A DNA stretch of 63,781 nt, counting the filler, from Phoronis australis (taxonomy: Eukaryota; Animalia; Phoronida): assembly GCA_002633005.1 (NCBI GenBank). It is 4 parts of 4 records of this genome, joined end to end, with 100 filler letters (N's around TTAATTAATTAA, not from the genome) between each part and the next. Parts side by side here need not be neighbours in the genome. Positions count along the whole stretch, not along the records: positions 51,374 to 60,538 come from NMRA01000878.1; positions 60,639 to 63,781 come from NMRA01003192.1; 2 more parts are not named here. One strand, 5' to 3'. This document shows, piece by piece, positions 51,274 through 63,781 of the stretch. Within the stretch, counting starts at the first letter, position 1. Each line of letters begins with the position of its first letter. The position numbers were made by a program, and so were the translations under genes. The notes under the pieces were generated by a model. The model had not been told where the DNA came from. It did no database searches and saw only the letters and a program-made list of their open reading frames with translations.

Positions 51274-51373
51274 NNNNNNNNNNNNNNNNNNNNNNNNNNN
51301 NNNNNNNNNNNNNNNNNTTAATTAATTAANNNNNNNNNNNNNNNNNNNNNNNNNNNNNNNNNNNNNNNNNNNN
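51274..51373. other. Artificial contig spacer
   Basis: N run with TTAATTAATTAA. Confidence 0.97.
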
Positions 51374-53399
51374 TAATCGGGTTCTGAGCCACTGGCCGGT
51401 ATAACAAGCGTTTTGCGTGAGAACTCAAAAAACCACAAGTATAAACAACACAGACCTAGGTTCTCCTGTCTGTATTTCACGGAAGAATACTTCCAATTTG
51501 TCTCCGAACAGACCCCAAACGCCTCTTACGGACCTTGGAAATTGGCCTCAGGGAGTGCCTAACTTTGTAGGCTATGGTGTGTCCAAACACCAGTAAATCC
51601 GTAACAGCGAAATAAAGCAACACGTTTTTATAAGAACTCGGTGTATTTTTAAGGGTTTTACATCGAATTTTGATGATTTATTGGTGTTAAACAATGAATT
51701 CAAGCGATAAGTTGACTCCACTAACACGTGTTTTGAACAGCTGATCAGACTGCAAATGAAACCAACTGCGTCACTGGGTAATTTCAACACTTCCGTCTGC
51801 CGCCAGGTGTCAGGTTGCGCAACCGATCCTGCCGTTATCGAGTAGAACCACTCGATCTAAATTGATAAAAATAGGTTGTTTTTTGGGTGGCATTCTACTT
51901 TAAAGGCTTATTGCGAACTCCAGTTCACCTTCAAGCCCCTAACCAAAAACAAAAAAATTAGGGCCAGGTTTTACAGAGTTCGGAAGGTTTAAACAAAGTA
52001 CTCCTTGGCATGTCGTCCTCAACTTAACGTGGACTTTCCTGCTGCTGCCTGTCACTTTTGATACCTTTATGAATGCCTGACCTGAGCTTCCAAATCCACC
52101 AGCTGATCGGCCAAGAGTCGTGTCCCGGAAGTGAATGGGTCTAAACGTTCACGTCACTTAGCGATGATTGGTTAAAAAGAATCTCAGGTTGTGTACAAAC
52201 AAAGAAGTAGGTAGTTAATTCAGTTGTTAATTAACAGGTGGTGCATTTTGATTAAAATGCATATTTTTACAATCATAAAGACATATATTTTGAATACGAG
52301 AGAGCTTTATTGATAAGTCTTCAAGGGCTTTAAGATATTGCGTTAACAAGACTGGGTAACGTGCCGAAGTGCAGCCGGTCATGAATAATATACGTGTGTT
52401 TACCCTGCATCGTGCTTACGCGCAGCAGTGGAAAGAAGTGTCGCAGATCAATGGCAAGAGATAGGGAATTGGGAATCAGAATTCCGTAGGAGCCCACCAC
52501 TGTTTAAGGATAACGTGATTGACCTGATGCATACCCTGGAGGCAAATCGGAAAAATCACACAATTGAAGTTATCAAAGAAATCTGTGCAGCGGTTTATCA
52601 GTGTTTGCTATTACGCTTTTACTTGCAAAGAATATGATCCAGGCCTTGGAGTTTGACATAACGCCGTCTCGCCAGTTGCAACCAGGAAAAATCCCAGATT
52701 TCCAAATATTACAAATTTGCCACAACAAGGATGTCCCGTGTGGATGGGCGCAGGTTGATATAGACCGGCGCTTATACCTTTCGGTGCGACGATAGCTGAA
52801 GGCTAGTTCGAGTTAATCACTTTATTAATCTCGGCTGTACGTTCACATGCGTACTCAGACAAAACCTCCGACGTGATGTCTGCTTAAAGCCCCACCTTGT
52901 GTACCAAATCCTTAAATTGTGATGAACTTCTAAGACATATTAGGCAACTGTTAGACTCACTGATTCAATGACCTGCTGTCTCTATAGCTGGCTCTCTATT
53001 GGCTACTGCTGTAACCGCTGATTTTCTTCAGTGCAACTCAGCTGTAGCCCTCTTGTAACTAACTTTAACTGACTTTCAGTTCTTAACTCACCTTCTAACT
53101 CCATCTTGGCTATTAAGACTCATGCAATGTTTCAGAGCTTTTTACCCATTCAAGTACATTCTACAAATAGCCTTCCAGAATCCACCCAATCATTCTGCCA
53201 ACATTTACTAGTTCCAGAGTTTATCACTCTCATGCGTGATTCTTCTAGAACATTTCACGCTATTCTTTGGTAACTAGATTATATCTTCATCGTTCTAACC
53301 TCGGGGTTTATTCCAACCAATAACTATCTGCTAAAACAATAGAACAAAATTTAAAAAAACCAACAGTGTCAGTCCACTTCTTAAAGTGTTCTCTAACGT

Positions 53400-55440
53400 G
53401 CAAGCTCCGCCTGTCGACTTAAGCACTGACGTTACATTTTCCCAAATATCCTGCACATGCAATTTATAATTGTGCAGCTATATAGCCCATCGCATAACTA
53501 AGGGGCTTTCAATCTTACAATATTGAATATATATCAATGGTTTGTGGTTTGTCTGTACCACGAATTCTGTACCTTAGGAGTCAAACTGGAATCAATTAAC
53601 GGCGAACAATATCGCCAGCTCCCCCTCTTTTAGCTTCCAGTTGGCTTACGTAAAAGGGAATGTCCCATCGTCAAACTCTTTCAGTAGGGCTGGCCCGTGC
53701 TTTAGCTTCTTGAATGCCTGGTCATGAATATCGGTCCACACAACTTCCTTTTGCTGGCCTGTATTCAATAAACCTGTCAACGGCGTGAGTATCTGTGCAT
53801 AGTGAGGCACAAACTTTTGGTAAGCCCTAGGAATGGACGTACTTCAGTCTTGGTAGAAGACGTTGGTCCTTTCTGGATCCTCATTATCTTTTGGTCCTCC
53901 ATACCTATCTGGTTCGTTCAGCCTGATGCCGAAGGAATTCCAAGTCCTGATATCTAATTCTGCATTTCGACAGATTTACTGTCGAGCCCGTCTAAAACAA
54001 GTCTCTCAGTGTACGGAGATGCTGTCTCCAGATGAAAGTGTGGAGTAAGACGTAATCAACATACTGCTCGAAATTATCTGAGCCTACTAACATCCTCCTC
54101 ATTATCCTGTTGAATGTAGCCGCCAACTTCACCAAACCAAATAACAATCTTAAGAACTGGTAACAGCCCCTGGAGTAACAAATGCGGTTTTCTCTTTACT
54201 CGCCACATCCATGGGAATTGCCAGTAGTTCTTCCTGAAGTCGAACTTCATAAAGAAACATTGACCATGTAGAGTCGGCATAATACCTTCAGGAGTGCCAT
54301 TCGTTCGTTGTCAAATTTAGTCACTGCATTTAGCCGTCGGTATTCAACACAGAACCTTGTGCTGCCACCCTTTTCAGTCACCAAAACTACAAGAGGGCTG
54401 TAAGCTGAAGAGTAAGATTCAATGATGTGATGTTCATCTTTAACATTTTTGCACTTCCTTCTTCACTAGGTCCTGAGTAGGGTACGGCATTGGCGTGGCC
54501 TCACTCTCACTGGTTGTTGCTCTGTCGTCAACTCGACGACGTGGCTGGCTAAATCGGTTTCTCCTGGTAAACCTCCAGCTACGCCACCTTCATCAAGAAG
54601 GATCGCTTCGTCTATATCACATTCTTCATCTTTGTCTGCAATGTTCTCAGCCTCGCGTTCGTGATTTTCCTTCAACAGATTGGCTTTGAAGATTTTAATT
54701 TTGCCGTTCGTGTTAATAGTGTTGTCCATACGGTTGACTGCTTCTGTAACTTGGTATGGCCCCTTCGACTGCAGGTTGAGCTTCTTGTGGTATGTGTGAA
54801 GTATTCCAACACTCTTTGCTTCACTCAAAACTACCTATTTCTGGTTTCCTTGTCGTAGTCATGCTTGTGAATACATTATACAAGCTTTTTTCTAGCCAAC
54901 TCGCAGGCATCATCTAAGCGGTTCCTGAGCTCGAAGACATACTGGTAAGTAATTCGAACTTCGTTTTCGTTTTTCCCAGCTCGCTCAGGATTTGCATTGG
55001 GACTCTTACTGTGTTGCTGTATAGCAACACAAAGGATGAAAATTCTGTACTTTATCGGGGAAATGCAGGTAAGAAAGCAGGACAGCTGGCAGATACCAGT
55101 CCCAATCCCTTAGTCTTTCTTGACACACCTTCTTCAGCATGCCTTTGAGTACACCTTTGAATCGTCCATACAACCCGTTACACCGTGGATTGTAAGGGGT
55201 TATATACAGATGATGTGCGCTCACGTGCCTGCTGGCCTTCATCAGTTTCCACGAAAACTCAGGCTCTCTCTTGGGAGCCTTACTTCACTGTAGACTTCTA
55301 ACATCGCTTCAGTCACATGATCCGGCTCAATCTTCGGCAGCTCCGCTGCTTCGCGGTATCTGATAGCAAACTCTACCACCGTGAAAGTATGCCTGTTTCC
55401 TTTGTCAGAAACTACAGATATAGGGCCAATCAGATCCATC
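53400..55440 (-). mobile_element. Decayed Ty3/Gypsy pol with Gmr1-like order (integrase, RT, RNase H)
   Basis: 5' to 3' on the minus strand: INT (MDLIGPI..SDKGNRH, TPYNPRCNG, DWDWYLPAVL, KGPY), RT (QPVRVRP, RFCVEYRRLN, KFDF..YWQ), RH (QKFVPHYA..LTPLT, QTNHKPL, VMRWA). Many stops and frameshifts. Confidence 0.88.
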
Positions 55441-55476
55441 GCTTAATTAGCGCTTTTTTCGCTTTGCCTGAGCCCT

Positions 55477-55630
55477 GGGCCCGGTGCCTAATGTCAGACT
55501 CGAACTCGAACTCGGACTCGAAAATTTCTACTCGAAATCTGTCTCAGTCGAGTCGAACTCGAAATTGCGTGCCCAATGTTCACTTTCGAGTCGACTCGAA
55601 ATCGAGTTTACTCGAGAAATCGTACTCGAG
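55477..55630. mobile_element. Probable left end of a Harbinger-like DNA transposon
   Basis: Begins gggcccggtg just beyond the break in the Gypsy integrase, has a dense ACTCGA/TCGAGT subterminal array, and lies ~1 kb upstream of a Myb/SANT gene. Confidence 0.55.
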
Positions 55631-56590
55631 TTACCAAGGAACTCTCCTGTGTTGTGAATTACATAAAAATAATTTTCTGCGAGAAGTGCGCCCTCTACTA
55701 CGTGATCGTCTGCTTTTGAGTGGAAAAGTTACACCAGCCAAAAATGTAAGTATTTGAGTGATATTGCATACAACGAGGTCAATATACAGCGAAACCGTTT
55801 ACATTGATTCATAAAGTGGTGTGGTATTGGTGAAAAGTTATGAACGGAAAGCAAAGTAGGCTCACCTTACCTAAACAGTTTCGGATCGAAAACCTTGCCA
55901 GTGTTTGAGCAAACGACAACCCTTTTGTTGCCAAATTACGGGAAAATATACGTTTTTAAACCCAAAAGCCACCGTTATTTTGGCCAGCGTTCGGTCAGCG
56001 TCCCATGTCTTCTGCTCAAATCAGTCCTCGCTTTGAACTTCTTAGTTAACCAGCGCTTCTGTACTAGGCCTAGGGGTCGCCAAGTAAACGGTTTAACTGT
56101 ACGGTTGTCATGTGCTCTATACTAGGCTTACATCAAAAGGTTTGAAAATACATAGTTGCTTCCGTCGACGGTTTTGCGTTTTGCAACATTAAACTATTTT
56201 GGTATAAAAAATCATAAAAATCAAAAACCATCGTTTAATAGCACTTGGCGAAAACTTGAAAAACACTTAAAGCCAATCCCTTATTGCGTCGTTGAGTGGC
56301 ATAAATCGAACTTACTGAAAATTCATTTGAGTCCGATTATCCATTTCAAAGTTAATATATTTCCAAATGTAGCAAACTGTGGATATTTCGTGGGGTTCGC
56401 AAAACGTTAATAACTCAGTTAGGAAAAATGCACTATGTTGCCATGGTTTCAAATGCACAACACCGTGGAAAATGGGCTCGATCAGGTTGTCATTCAAAAT
56501 AGCATGCGAATCGTCGGGTTTTTTACGTGAGACATAACTGAAGTAACAATTTATTAGAATGGTTATCACGGATGACAACTGTCTTTTAGC

Positions 56591-58615
56591 ATGGAAAACG
56601 TTACACCATCGAACAGTCAAGCCATCGCATCTGCCAAACGACGCCTGTGGACAACCGCAGAAGAAACTTCCCTTATAGAAAAGGTCATGGCCATGGAAAG
56701 CACGTTATTCGGAGACCATCGGGGTTCAGGAGCTATAAAATCGGCAGCCAAAAAAAGGTCGGGGTGGGAAGTGGTGGCCAAATTCATAAGTAGGTGAGTT
56801 TCAGTGCGCACAGTGCGATATACACATTAGTGAACATATTCTATAGTTTGAATGACACGGTTAATTTCAGTTTGTCCAGAATTTGATTTACTGTATTCAT
56901 TTAATTTCAGCCAGTTCACGACCAAAAGGTCGCCAGAGGAATGTAGGAAAAAATTTCAAAACCTAAAGCAAAGATGTAAGCAATTTTGAAATAAGATAAT
57001 TGCTGTTTGTTAGTTGACTTCCTGTTACGTTTAATAATTTACGTGAAAATATGAATGCCTACCTAAAAGTCAGAGTGTATTTTTTGTATATTATCCAAAT
57101 TTATTTGGTATGAATATTGTAATTGCATTTTAGAATTTCCTAGTTATACTTCACAACATTGACTCCCACTCCCTTCCGTTAACACTAAATATACTTCCAA
57201 GTACTCCATGTCTAGGGGGGGGGGGGGTTCTGTAGTGCCGCCGGTTTCTACGATGTAAATCATGGGTTCAGACACTCCAGCGCAGATCATTAATGTAATT
57301 TGAGTTAACTATCCTTCGTTTAATTCATCCCACAGCTAAATCAAAAATTGATGAACTTAAGAAGAGTGCCAAAAAGACCGGCGGTGGGCCACCTGCAAAA
57401 GACTTGGATGCCAGAGACGAGGCCATTTTGGCTCACTTCAATGAAAGGGTTGAAGTCTCTGGCATCCAGGGAGGTTTTGAAACAGATGGTGAGTGGTTTT
57501 GTTTTGCGTCAAATGCAAATTATTGTTTATGCCCGACACTTGTAAAATAAATAACCACAGTGGCAGATCTACGTTTTCAGTAGGGGGAGGTGAGGATTCG
57601 CGTGAATCCGAGGCGCATACGGCAGAGAAGGTTGGAAAACCTCCTTCCGTGTAAGATTTTTTGGTCTTTAGTAGCTGATTTCATTTTTCTGGCGTTTTTT
57701 AATTTTTTTATTTTCGATCTTGTCCCGACGGGGGGGTTGAATCAGCTGAACCCCGTAGATCCGCCTCTGGATACATTACATCTATGTGTTGACTTTTCCA
57801 TTGAATGATTGACTTTAAATCGCATGTTCTATTCTACGTTTGAATTTTCCAGATCTTGGCATGACTGAACACAGCGGGGATGATGCAAAAGGTATGACGG
57901 TTTTTGGTAGCCATTAATAAATTAGTTACTTTGCAAAATGTTGACATTTTTGTAATTTGCGACAATTCGCTATGCTGAAAGTACTTCAAAGGTTAACGAT
58001 AACTTTTTAATCTTCCAGACAGTGACGAAGATGAGATAGAGCCAGTGATCAGCCAGAAAAGAAGTAATTAACCTTGATTACTTATAAACATGCTAGCGCT
58101 CAAGTGGGTAGGACATTTGTGCTTACAAGTATAAGCAACTATGAACACTCCCACTAAAACAACGCTTTGAGTTTCAACAGTAGTCTGACGCAAACTGTTT
58201 ATTGGATAACATGTATGAACAATTAGAATTACAATTGAAAGGTGGAACAATGAAAACAACAAAGGTGTGAACTATATAACAAACGTAAACTAACACAGAC
58301 CTGCGAGATTTAGAAATGGTCTAAAATGAACTGAACACGTGTTCCTAAAAGGAAGTAACCAAAACTTCATATGATCCTTATTGGTAATGTGCGATTTTCA
58401 TTTCAGTTTACAGCAAACCAAAGTCAAGCAAAACAAGGAAGGACGAAATAGACGACGCTATACTTGAAAATTTGAAAATGGACAACAAGCGCCTGAAACT
58501 CAATATAGAAGTGCTTGAACTAAAGAAGCTCAATTTGGTTATGAACTTGCAAAAAGATTTCAATATAGACATATCAACATTTTTCTCACCCAGTGAGGTA
58601 GCAACTGAGCAATAG
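56591..58615 (+). CDS. Myb/SANT-like DNA-binding protein of the Harbinger companion type, 6 exons, 237 aa, intact
   Basis: Exons 56591-56793, 56911-56975, 57336-57488, 57853-57891, 58019-58063 and 58407-58615 splice in frame. Features: WTTAEE..LFG..KKRSGWEVVA..KRSPEECRKKFQNLK..KKTGGGPP, an acidic linker and a C-terminal coiled-coil-like segment. Confidence 0.85.
57558..57769. mobile_element. hAT-like MITE in Myb gene intron 3
   Basis: TIR cagtggcagatctacg / cgtagatccgcctctg. Confidence 0.75.
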
Positions 58616-58711
58616 AATTTTAAATAAGGTTGTGTAGAATCTTACATCTAGTATATACATTTCACCAAATATCTACTACAACCATTAATAGAACTTTTCA
58701 ACATAAGAAAC

Positions 58712-59103
58712 TTGGTTGAAGACACAACTGTACTTTTGTTAGACAAATTAATGTATACTAGTTCGTAGTCTCTACACAAGCTCCTATTTCAGGCGTGGAG
58801 TGAAGTAGCAGTGACATAAATGTTGGTGTAAAAATGATATTGAAGGGATCCGCCCTGCAAATGTATGAACAACCGTCGGGAGAGGGAACATGCCTTATGT
58901 CCAACGATATTCAAGATAATTTGAACATAGACAATCTGCCATTTGACACGTGAATTGATAACCAACGTTACATTTGGCTACTGGTCTCAATCTTTCCAGA
59001 CTAGGGTTGTTTTTCATGACAAGGTTACGTGACTTTATAGAGACTAGGAACTAGTATGTACACTAAGCTGTCTAACAAAAAGTACAGTCGTGCCTTCAAT
59101 CAA
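58712..59103. mobile_element. MITE with ~60-bp TIRs
   Basis: ttggttgaagacacaactgtacttttgttagaca..tactagttcgtagtctcta is inverted at about 59038-59103. A related single arm lies at about 28315-28376. Confidence 0.7.
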
Positions 59104-60538
59104 CTTTGATGCGAGGAAGGGCTGCTACCGAACTATAATAAGTTATAAGTAAACACTTACTGACATAATTCCGTATAATTAGATTTTTTACTTCATACCA
59201 ACCTGCATTTAATTTGGTCACTTGACCATGATTTTTAGTAAAATTTAGCAAAAACTGAAAGATATGTCATAGCAGACGACAGAATCAATTAAAAAATAAA
59301 ATCCAAATAATATTTGTTCTTAAATTATAGTTCCGTTTCAAGCCGCCTCCTTTTTCATAAAGATCACATAATTTAATTTTTGGATATTATATACATTCCT
59401 AGTGAACCATTTTGAAACCATTTCAACAGTGTTGGGAGAACTTCATTGCATAAAGCAAACTATATGAAAGCTTCAACTGAATCTGATCAGCCATTTATGA
59501 GAAAAGATGTCCTGAAGATGACCAAAACTAAATTTCTCTAAGGTTCTATATTTACCTAACGCAGGTTTAATGTTGTATAGTTTTCCTCTGTTGTGTTCTT
59601 AGTTTAGAATTCATTAACGAATATTGTGTTCAAATAAATTTCGACATGTTGCCGATTCATCATGTACATTATGTGAAGGTATATGCTTCTAGAGCTAATC
59701 ATTCCATATCATCACAAAACATGCACCTTCCATTATTATAGCACTGCAAATCAAAACCGTTAATTCAATACCCCAAAAAAACATTAAATCTGAATGAGGG
59801 CGCCACAAAAATATCAATTGTCAACCGTGCTCTAATCTATAGAAAGACATCATTTTATGCTGGTCCTTCTAATGGTTTATCAGAGGCAGAATTGAGGGCG
59901 GCCATCGACTCATTTATAAGGTAATTTTAACCATAATGCCTACAATTNTGAATGAGGGTGCCACAAAAATATCAATTGTCAACCGTGCTCTAATCTATAG
60001 AAAGACATCATTTTATGCTGGTCCATCGACTCATTTATAAGGTAATTTTAACCATAATGCCTACAATTACTTTCATAAGGCATAGATTGGCAAATGCCAA
60101 GACAGAGATGACAGCAATACATGTATGCATGCAGATAAAAATAAGTTGGACCATAAAAATATGTTTGGGCTAGGCTATTCAACATCCACAGTGAGTAATT
60201 AAACAAATTTATTCTCAGGCTAAATTAGAACCCCTTTGCTAAACTATGTTTACTAACATATGCAAATTGACAAAATTGTTTGACTAACAGCAGTGTTCAC
60301 AGAGAACTACTTTCATTGACCTTGCATGTCAATTTCAAAAGGCACATGGTGTGAACAATGCCAAAGATTTACAAGTGTCTAAATAAAGGTAAGTCACTAT
60401 GCCGACTAGCGACACCCTACCAGCTCGAAGTGCAATAGCGCCACAGAAAACATCCTATACTGCAAACATTGTAATGTAAAATTATAATAACAAGAGCACC
60501 AGCAAGTGTTGATTGGCAAGCAATATATGCATCGCATG

Positions 60539-60638
60539 NNNNNNNNNNNNNNNNNNNNNNNNNNNNNNNNNNNNNNNNNNNNTTAATTAATTAANNNNNN
60601 NNNNNNNNNNNNNNNNNNNNNNNNNNNNNNNNNNNNNN
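60539..60638. other. Artificial contig spacer
   Basis: N run with TTAATTAATTAA. Confidence 0.97.
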
Positions 60639-60760
60639 CCCGCTCCCTCAGTCGACGTGCTGGGTTGTTTCGGTTCTCACAACCGTATATGAACACGTTC
60701 TGCTTGCGACTGTGCCCATGTAGATCACAATAGACTATCACCTCTCGCTCGTCTTTAAGC
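60639..60760 (-). CDS. Internal exon of a cytosolic carboxypeptidase (CCP2/3, AGBL2/3-like tubulin deglutamylase), cut by the gap
   Basis: Acceptor ttctttcag, then [28 protein letters not shown], containing the M14D zinc-ligand motif DLHGHSRK. Confidence 0.88.
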
Positions 60761-63186
60761 CTGAAAGAACAATCATGATGCATTAGATATGGAGTAAATC
60801 ATTTGCATTTGACATTCCTTAAGTTTGAATAAAGACAGCAACTTTTGTAAAATGTATTAACATGTTTTAGCAGTAAAACATCCACCAATGTCAAGCTTAA
60901 TTCAGAGAATGTATGCCAGGATGGCTACAGGTACAACACACAGAAATTCCTAACACACAAAAATACCACAACAGGATTGGCTAGCCATCAGCGAATCACA
61001 ACTCAGTGTAACAGTGTCAATGACTCAAGGGAAACCTATGCATTGAGTGAGGGCGTTTCTGAAGACCGAATGTGAATGGGTTTATGCAGTTTCAAGCCAA
61101 AGTGATTAGTATCACTGTCAATAATTCTAAAGCTATGTTCCCCAGTGGCCCCTGTAAGCAGCATTGTTTTCCTAGTGTATAAACATATTCTGAATTCTTA
61201 TCACAAACTGGGTGTCCCTTCACCCTTCTAGTCACGCAGTGAGTTTTCTCGCTACTTCCTAGTTTCCTAAAATGTCGTGGTTATTCAAATGAGTCTCACG
61301 GGGTATGTAACCAAGCTGTAGGCAATGCATGCGCTCCGATGTCAGATGGACATCCTACTCCATAGTCTAAATAAAATCATGGTGTTTGCCTCGCTACNCT
61401 GCCACATAAGGGACCGAGAAAAGTGGATAATCACCCGTGGTTTTTTACAGAAAAGCATGAGACTAATCACCCAATGATATCAGTTTGACTGTCTGTCAAT
61501 CACCTGTCAGATGGTCACAGCATCACCCAATCACTTTGCTAAAAACCCAGAACCAACTGTTATTTTGGCTGTTATTGGTCGGTTGACCATAAATTAAGGC
61601 AACATTGGAACATGCCTATGCATTAAGCCAAATGTCTACAGCACAAATTCTAGATTTTAAGTCCTTCAAAGTATAAATTTTCTGATAGTAGAAAGCCTGT
61701 AGATTAGATTTTTGACCTTATACCAATGTGGCAGCACTTGAAAGTTGCTTATGAATCCAGTCAGCCACTTCTGAGATATGATGTCCCAAAGTTAGTCAAA
61801 TTTGGACATTTTTTCTAGGGTCCTACATAACCATAACTAAATTAATGCATACATGATGATAAAATTTCCAAATTTGGATAACTTCAGAAAATCATATCCC
61901 TGAGAAAAAGCTGATTCAAAAGAAACTTTTAGATAGTTACAACAAAGCACAGTTAGTTCTGGTCTTTACAAAAAAGACCTGTGCTCACCAAGTAAAAAAA
62001 AAAACGCCCGTCCACATCAGTTTACAGCTGTACAAAGGCATGTAAGCAAAGGTAAGCAAGACTTGCAGCCAAAGCAGTAAGTAAAATACTGCATCATGTT
62101 TGCTTTGTCTCAGGATTTTTCTCCTGACAAGGTGCTCAAATAAGAACATACCGCACTATTGACTTAATTTTCAAAAAGAGACCACAACCAGTACCGGTAT
62201 GTTTTTCAGGTGGACCTAATATGCTTTATGCACTTTCTCCAAAATGCTGCAAAAGAATTATTTTTAAAATGAACCACTTTTGCATGAGGGGCTATTGAAC
62301 GATGATTTTTGTGAAAAAAATCAGATATTCCATTCAACAAAGACAGATGATAGTTTAGAAACAAAATTGAGAGAACTGTATGTCTCTTTTAAGATTCCCA
62401 CTTAAACATTTATAGCAAATGACATTTGGTCATATTGGTGATGTTTTTTTTATGAAAGAATTTTTCTTTTTTGTTAAATTACACTAAAAGACACGGTCCC
62501 ATGAAATCAATAGCAGACAAATATGAAGTCAAAATTAAAATTAGGTTTTACTTTCAGTAACTAGTATGTACTTTTACCGGCTTATAGTTTTGTAGATGTA
62601 CATCCTACATAACCTTCAGTTATTAACACGAGACTACTGGGGAAGCAATGAAATTTCGGAGGGGCAAAATTAACTTTTGTGATGAAAATACCCCTTAGCA
62701 AGGTCAGTCAAGTTGATCCTGTGGCTGGAGCAATGAAGAGGGAGTTTGATTCAACCACTTCAACTTGTGTAGCATAACACAGCAAACAGCTTCAAGAAAT
62801 ATTTAGTCTGACAAATCAAGTGAAAAACCCCCTTCTTAGTATTGAATGCCAGTATTGTACATTGGGGAACTGACCAAGACATTCATAAACCAAAATCATT
62901 CCCTCAGTTCCTGACTGGACTGCAAGGAAGCTAATAAACAGTCACCCATTTTAAGACCAGTCACCCAGAAATAACAGTATTCAATAAAGGCTATATCTAG
63001 ACCATCACAAGGATATAATGGGGTGTTTGCAACACATAACAATGACAATTTATGGTCCCAGAAGCATGTCTGACCTATATACATGTAATAACCACCCCAC
63101 AAACACACACACCTGAGCCACGTCAGCATAAGATCAGATCAGCATTAAGCTTAGACGTGTCACTGTCAGTGTGCACAGAGAAGAAG

Positions 63187-63336
63187 ATGGCAGCAGCTGG
63201 CAAGATTGATGTGGTGCTGATGGTGGTGGCAGTGAGCCTGGCCATGGCGACAGCCTTCAAGATAGCCGCCTTCAATACACAGAGCTTTGGAGAAAAGAAA
63301 ATGGAAGACCCGAGCATTTTGGGAGTCCTTGTTGAG
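63187..63336 (+). CDS. First coding exon of a secreted DNase I-family nuclease
   Basis: Signal-peptide-like MAAAGKIDVVLMVVAVSLAMATA followed by FKIAAFNTQSFGEKKM (compare DNase I LKIAAFNIQTFGETKM). Probable GC donor GAG|GCAAGT. Confidence 0.85.
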
Positions 63337-63781
63337 GCAAGTATCTATGTGCCTAAATAATGCAGATTTGTGCTGATAAGGAAGTAATGTATATGCAATG
63401 GGTGTTTTCAATGTAACATATGGAAGTTGGAAGAAAGTAATTTAATTGCCTGTTCTAACAAGCTCTGGTTCATACTCGGATGTAGTAGGGGGCGATATGT
63501 CATTATATTCAGATGTACGATGGGACAAAATGTCATTATATTGCCCTTTATAGCTGCAGTGCAGGTGTCACCAGCCTATTACTCCTCATTGTTTTCAGCC
63601 TCCCACTAACTTCCATCATTAACACAGTCAATGTTCTGATGATGAGGGCTTCATAGGTTGAGAGTATGAAGTAAGCCAGACATTTAATGATAAGTAGCAC
63701 CCTAGAAAAATGACCAAATTTGGTTAACTTCATGATAACATATCTCAGAAATAACTGATCAGATTCTTAGAAACTTTCAGA

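Noticed and set aside
55317-55757. 146-aa plus-strand ORF
   Set aside because: It spans antisense Gypsy integrase and the TCGA-repeat terminus; low complexity, no domain.
59790-60067. Direct duplication of ~150 bp
   Set aside because: The junction is at the n at 59948; assembly overlap artefact.
19591-60638. Recurrent TTAATTAATTAA motif and gene neighbourhoods across it
   Set aside because: Identical artificial spacers inside N runs; the segments may be unrelated, so no multi-gene system can be inferred across them.

Overview
This is intron-rich, AT-rich animal genomic DNA, probably from a marine invertebrate (inference), and not prokaryotic. It consists of four segments joined by 100-bp N spacers carrying TTAATTAATTAA (19591-19690, 51274-51373, 60539-60638), plus several single-n joins, so adjacency across them is unreliable. 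Spliced genes reconstructed by hand, with consistent exon phases: five internal exons of a plexin (+); a 5-exon Y_phosphatase3/IphP-type tyrosine phosphatase (+); seven exons of a divergent FBXO31 (-) with no visible F-box exon; one TRABD exon (-); an intact 6-exon Harbinger-type Myb/SANT gene (+); one CCP2/3 (AGBL2/3) exon (-); and the first coding exon of a DNase I-family gene (+). The rest is mostly transposon-derived: LINE fragments, a decayed Gypsy element with Gmr1-type INT-RT-RH order, many MITEs, and minisatellites including a 44-bp array with a 308-bp higher-order period. The most notable signal is a ~480-bp RTE-5'UTR-like element whose 5' end can be folded by hand into an HDV-like ribozyme with an unusual L3 insertion. 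Family assignments come from remembered motifs; no searches were run.
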